The notes under the pieces: generated by a model
What the model saw: only the letters and a program-made list of their open reading frames with translations
What the model was told of the DNA's origin: nothing
The model's database searches: none
Program-made: the position numbers and the translations under genes
In this document: positions 60,101 through 64,000 of the stretch, piece after piece
Layout: each line of letters begins with the position of its first letter
Numbering within the stretch: position 1 is the stretch's first letter
Assembly (NCBI RefSeq): GCF_009914755.1
Contig: NC_060930.1
Strand: one strand, 5' to 3'
DNA length: 64,000 nt
DNA from: the human T2T-CHM13v2.0 reference genome, Homo sapiens

Positions 60101-61390
60101 TGTGGGCATGAAGCAGAGAGGATTCCCCTGCACCAGAGTATATGCATAGGAAGGGTAGGCTGACTCAGGCTTCTAGTCTGGGTAAGCAGGTGCTTTGAAT
60201 GCCTGGAGATCTGCTTGGGTGTAGAGTAGAGAGATCCTCATTGCACTGTGATCTATGTCCAGGAAGGTTGAGGTGGCTTAGGCTGCTGATTCAGGTGAGT
60301 GAGTGTTCCAAATGCCTGGAGATTTGCCTGGACATGGAGTGGAGAGAGCTCTGCTGCACTAAAATCTATGCCCATGAAGGGTGAGGAGGCTCAGCTGAAC
60401 CAGGTGAGCAAGTGCTCCAAGTGCCTAAACATGTGCTTGGACATGAAGCAGAGAGGGCCCCCTGCACAGGATCTCTGCACTGGGAAGGTAGGCCAACTCA
60501 GGCTGCTAGTCCATGTGAGCAGGTGCTCCAAATGCCTGGAGATCTGCCGACATGTGGAGCAGACACGTAGCGGGGTTGGAAGGGTGGGTTGGCTCAAGCT
60601 TCTGGTCCAGGCAAGTTAGTGCTCTAAATGCTTGGATTTCTACCTAGGGCAGAGTGAAGAGGGTCCTGCTACACCAGGATCTCAGGGAAACAGGCTAGGA
60701 CACCCAACAATGACACATGAAGACTGATTCTAGGTCACCGAGCTGGCCCTGGCTGCAAGTCTTATTGTCCAGGAGAAACTACAACTGTAGCAACTCTCCT
60801 CCCACCACAGGCCTGTGACAGAAGACAGTATAATTCAAGTACCTACTTTTGAGATGCTTTCCACAGTACTGGCTGTGGAAACCCCTACTGTGCTCCAGAG
60901 CAGACACTTCAATCTCTGGCCTGAGATTAAAATGCCTGCACAGCTACACTGTTGAGGCACTAAGGAATGGCTGACTTTGTCCCTGGATTAAAAATAACAT
61001 GCTGCTCTCAGTTTTATGTCAGGGAAAATGCCTGTAGCTTTTCCTGGTGTGTTTTTCTCACAGAATCTTTAAGTCTCCCTCCCAAGTTAGCTCCAGGGCT
61101 TGGAAGAAACAAAGTTCTTTCCCATAGCCTGGGTTGTTTAGATCCCCAGTGAAAAGGTGAGTCACAGTGCATGTCTCATGTCTTGAGGCCTCACTCACCT
61201 TTGTCAGGTGGATGCCATCACAGGGTTTATCTGTCTGCATTTTCCTCCCCAGAATCTGGGATATCCTTCCTTATTCCAGTGGATTCCCATTTTCCTTCCT
61301 GAATTAAAGCTCACAGAGTTGATCTTTATGCACTATCTCAATATTTCGAATTGGCAGAAGTATGCAAAAATCCTATAATCTGCCATCTTG
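57156..61390 (-). mobile_element. L1MA/L1PB-age LINE-1 5' half (5'UTR, ORF1, ORF2 endonuclease)
   Basis: Minus strand starts caagatggcag; ORF2 N-terminus MIGSKSHVSILTLNANGLN at 58294. Confidence 0.85.
59860..60700. repeat. ~113-bp tandem array (about 7 units) inside the L1 5'UTR
   Basis: gtgctcc.aatgcctggagat-like starts at 59964, 60077, 60190, 60303, 60412, 60523 and 60619. Confidence 0.9.
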
Positions 61391-61477
61391 AAAAAAACAC
61401 AAATTCAAGAATCGTATTCTTGAATACAAAGACAAATACAATAATTTATATTTTTTTCAGATGAGAAACTCTACTTG

Positions 61478-61508
<31 letters not shown>

Positions 61509-61547
61509 TACTTTAAGTTCCAGGATACATGTGCCATGGTGGCTTGC

Positions 61548-61950
61548 CATTGAGATTTTAATAGGAACTTCATGAAATTTATAGATCACTTTAGGCAGCA
61601 CGGACAGTTTATCAATATTAAGTCTTCCCATTCATGAACACAAAATGTCTTTCCAGTTGTTTGTGTTTAGTGTAATTTCTTTCATCAGTGCTTTGTAGTT
61701 TTTAGTAAACAACCCTTTTCCTTGTTAAGTTTAAGTATTTTATTCCTTTTGCTATTGTAAATTACATTGTTTTTCTAATTTTTAAATAAAGTTTATTGTT
61801 ACTGTATGGAAGCACAACTGATTTTTCCATGTTGATTTGTATCCTGCAAATTTACTGAATTTGTTGATTCGTTCTACCAGCTTTTTTTATGGAGTCATTA
61901 GGGTTTTCTACATAAGCAAATGTTATCTTCAAACAGGAACACTTTTCTTT
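61548..61950 (-). mobile_element. Old L1M ORF2 fragment, preceded by a tiny L1PA 3'-end remnant with a (TTTA)n tail at ~61477-61547
   Basis: Antisense L1 RT-region motifs (gtatcctgcaaatttactgaat); ttactttaagttccaggatacatgtgccatggtgg. Confidence 0.65.
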
Positions 61951-63109
61951 CTTACTTTCTATTTTGAATGCTTACCTTTAATTACTTCTTATTCTAGCTT
62001 TAAGATGAGTCTTTCTACCTATAATCTGAACCATTCTGTTAATTTTATACTTGAATTACCTAATGGAAATCTTCTTGCCCTCATTTTTGAGTTCTTTTTT
62101 TTATCATCCACACTAGAACACATTCGAGACTGAGTGGTGCACTATTAATAGTGTCATATTAATAATATGACAAAACAATAGTCATAAACCTATTTATGGT
62201 TTATGGACTGCTTGACAAATTGAGATGCCACATTACTTATTTCCAGCTCTTGGAGGACATTCACAGTGGCATGCTTTGAACCCCTCTCCAAACACTCCCC
62301 AACACAGTAGCTGAAAGGCCATGCTATATATTCATTTTCTGACTATATATTCAAATGTTGGTGGTGAAACAATTATGAAAACAGAACCTTATTTAAACAT
62401 TTTAGAAGGAAGGGAACATAAGAATGGACAAATAGCTAAATAAAGCTAAATTCCTAATCATGGTATTAAGTACCTAAGTCCTATATGATAATAGTGAGAG
62501 TTCTGATCTGTTTCTATTTGTAATTATCCAAGTTCAATATTGATTTCTGGTTCATTTGCCCTGTCTTTCTTGCTCCCATCAATTCAAAATATGTGCTCTT
62601 ATAAGAGATTTTTGTTTATCTTTCTTTTTCATGAAGTTCCAATTATTGAGTTTCTAAATACACTCTGATTTCACATTAACATTTTATTTTTCTATAATAT
62701 GAAAATAAAAAAGAAACAGAACCAGCTCCTCTTCACACATGTAGAGATACATCCACAGATAAAAAGATGCATTCTATTTCATGGATTTTCCAACCTCTTT
62801 CACCTGTATAAACTATATATTTCTCATTGCTTGATATTAAAATTAAGAAAAATTATCTTCTACAAATAATTAAGTTTGAGTCAAAATACCAAGTCAAAGT
62901 GAACAGAAGTTATGTGAGGTATTTCCAACTTATTAAATTTTAACAATAAAAATTAAAATTAGGTCATGGGAAAAGAAATTTATCTAAATTCATATGGTGC
63001 TTTTTTGAAAAAGCATGGATATGTCTATATTCTCAGTTTACTAACATTCAATATAACAGTGATTCTTGACGTGACTTCCTCGATTTTCCATTAGGAATAT
63101 AAAAGGGAA

Positions 63110-63410
63110 CTAAAAGGAAGTAAGGAAATGGAAAAAGAAGGAAGGAAGGAAGGAAGGAAGGAAGGAAAGAAGGAAAGAAAGACAGACAAACAGGAAGAGA
63201 AAGAAAGAAGGAAGGAAAGAAAAAGAAAAAGAAAAAGGGAGGGAGGGAAAGAAAGAAAAAGAAAGAGAGAAAAGAGAAAAAGAAAGGAGGGAGGGAGGGA
63301 AGGAAGGAAGGAAAAAGCAGAAAGAAGAGAAGAGAAAAGGGGAGAAGAAAAGGAGGAGAGGAGAGAACAAGAAAGAAAGGAAGAATGAGGAGGAGATGAG
63401 AGAGAAAGAT
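63110..63410. repeat. GA-rich low-complexity tract ((GGAA)n, (GAAA)n)
   Basis: Seen directly. Confidence 0.95.
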
Positions 63411-63719
63411 TTAAAGTCAGAGTGACAACAAAGAAAGATTCAGAAGAGATGGCAATTTTTTGATTCATAATTATAGTTATGCCTTTTTTAGGAGATTGTA
63501 GCTGGCTACCATGATGAAGAATGGGACTTTCTCCTCCTTTTTTTTTTTTCTCAGATTGCGGTATTAAGCGTGGATTCTCTAAATGGTTCTGTTGCTGTAT
63601 TTAGCGGCTGCTGCCACCCAGGCCTTGTCTGGCCACCCATGAAAGTCAATTTGCCACAACCTCTAAGCCTAGGGGCTTTTTTACAGGCCCATTATGACAA
63701 CTGTAGTGGAAACCCAAGG

Positions 63720-64000
63720 AGTTCCAGTACACAGGCCTGCCATGACTAGGTTCACGGATGCTTTGACTTCTTCCGCTACTTCTGGACTTACATGAATTGC
63801 CTCCCCTCTGGGCATGGGATCTGCAGTCTCCAGCAGCTGACCAAATTATCTAACACATCCCGGAAGCATAAGAGATTTAGTGCTTCCTGGGGAAAGCTTT
63901 GTGCTATGTGAAGCAGAAGATGGGAAAGAATGTGTAAGTGCCTTTTGCCTCTCTCAACCTCCAGGGTGTTCTGATGTGCAGAGTTTCTACACATCTCATG
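63720..64000. mobile_element. Possible LTR16/ERVL-type LTR remnant running off the window
   Basis: GC-richer stretch with motifs such as ggggaaagctttgtgctatg and gttctgatgtgcagagtttc; weak recall match. Confidence 0.35.

Noticed and set aside
59860-60700. Regularly spaced repeats as a CRISPR-like array
   Set aside because: Whole units are homologous with no unique spacers, there are no cas genes, and the array lies inside a eukaryotic L1 5'UTR.
61403-61425. 10-bp hairpin attcaagaat-cgt-attcttgaat
   Set aside because: Single short AT-rich inverted repeat; plausible by chance in 64 kb.
63091-63468. Low-complexity ORFs on both strands
   Set aside because: Translation of the GA-rich simple repeat.

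Overview
AT-rich primate (almost certainly human) genomic DNA. Positions 1 to about 15.1 kb hold the 3' end of the kainate receptor gene GRIK2 (GluK2/GluR6) on the + strand: the penultimate coding exon (end of S2, M4, start of the C-tail), two alternative stop-containing cassette exons (GluK2b and GluK2c tails), the terminal GluK2a exon and a ~1.6 kb 3'UTR with the known (TAA)n repeat. The remainder is intergenic and dominated by transposable elements: a full-length but dead L1PA2/3, an inverted L1PA nested in an AluJ, an HERV-H, LTR10, MSTA, MER34, old L1M/L2 copies and DNA transposons. I see no new protein-coding or CRISPR-like system. The most striking signal is that two ERV sequences appear to have been inserted by LINE-1 target-primed reverse transcription rather than by a retroviral integrase. 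(i) A 6.4-kb HERV-H begins at its presumed cap site with an extra G, reads through its 3' LTR carrying 585 bp of foreign flank, and is bounded by a perfect 17-bp TSD. (ii) A polyadenylated LTR10 U3-R fragment has its empty pre-insertion site preserved in a local duplicate about 1.6 kb away. A latent intron in the GRIK2 last exon could also swap the PDZ ligand. Repeat family names come from recalled consensus sequences, not from a database search.
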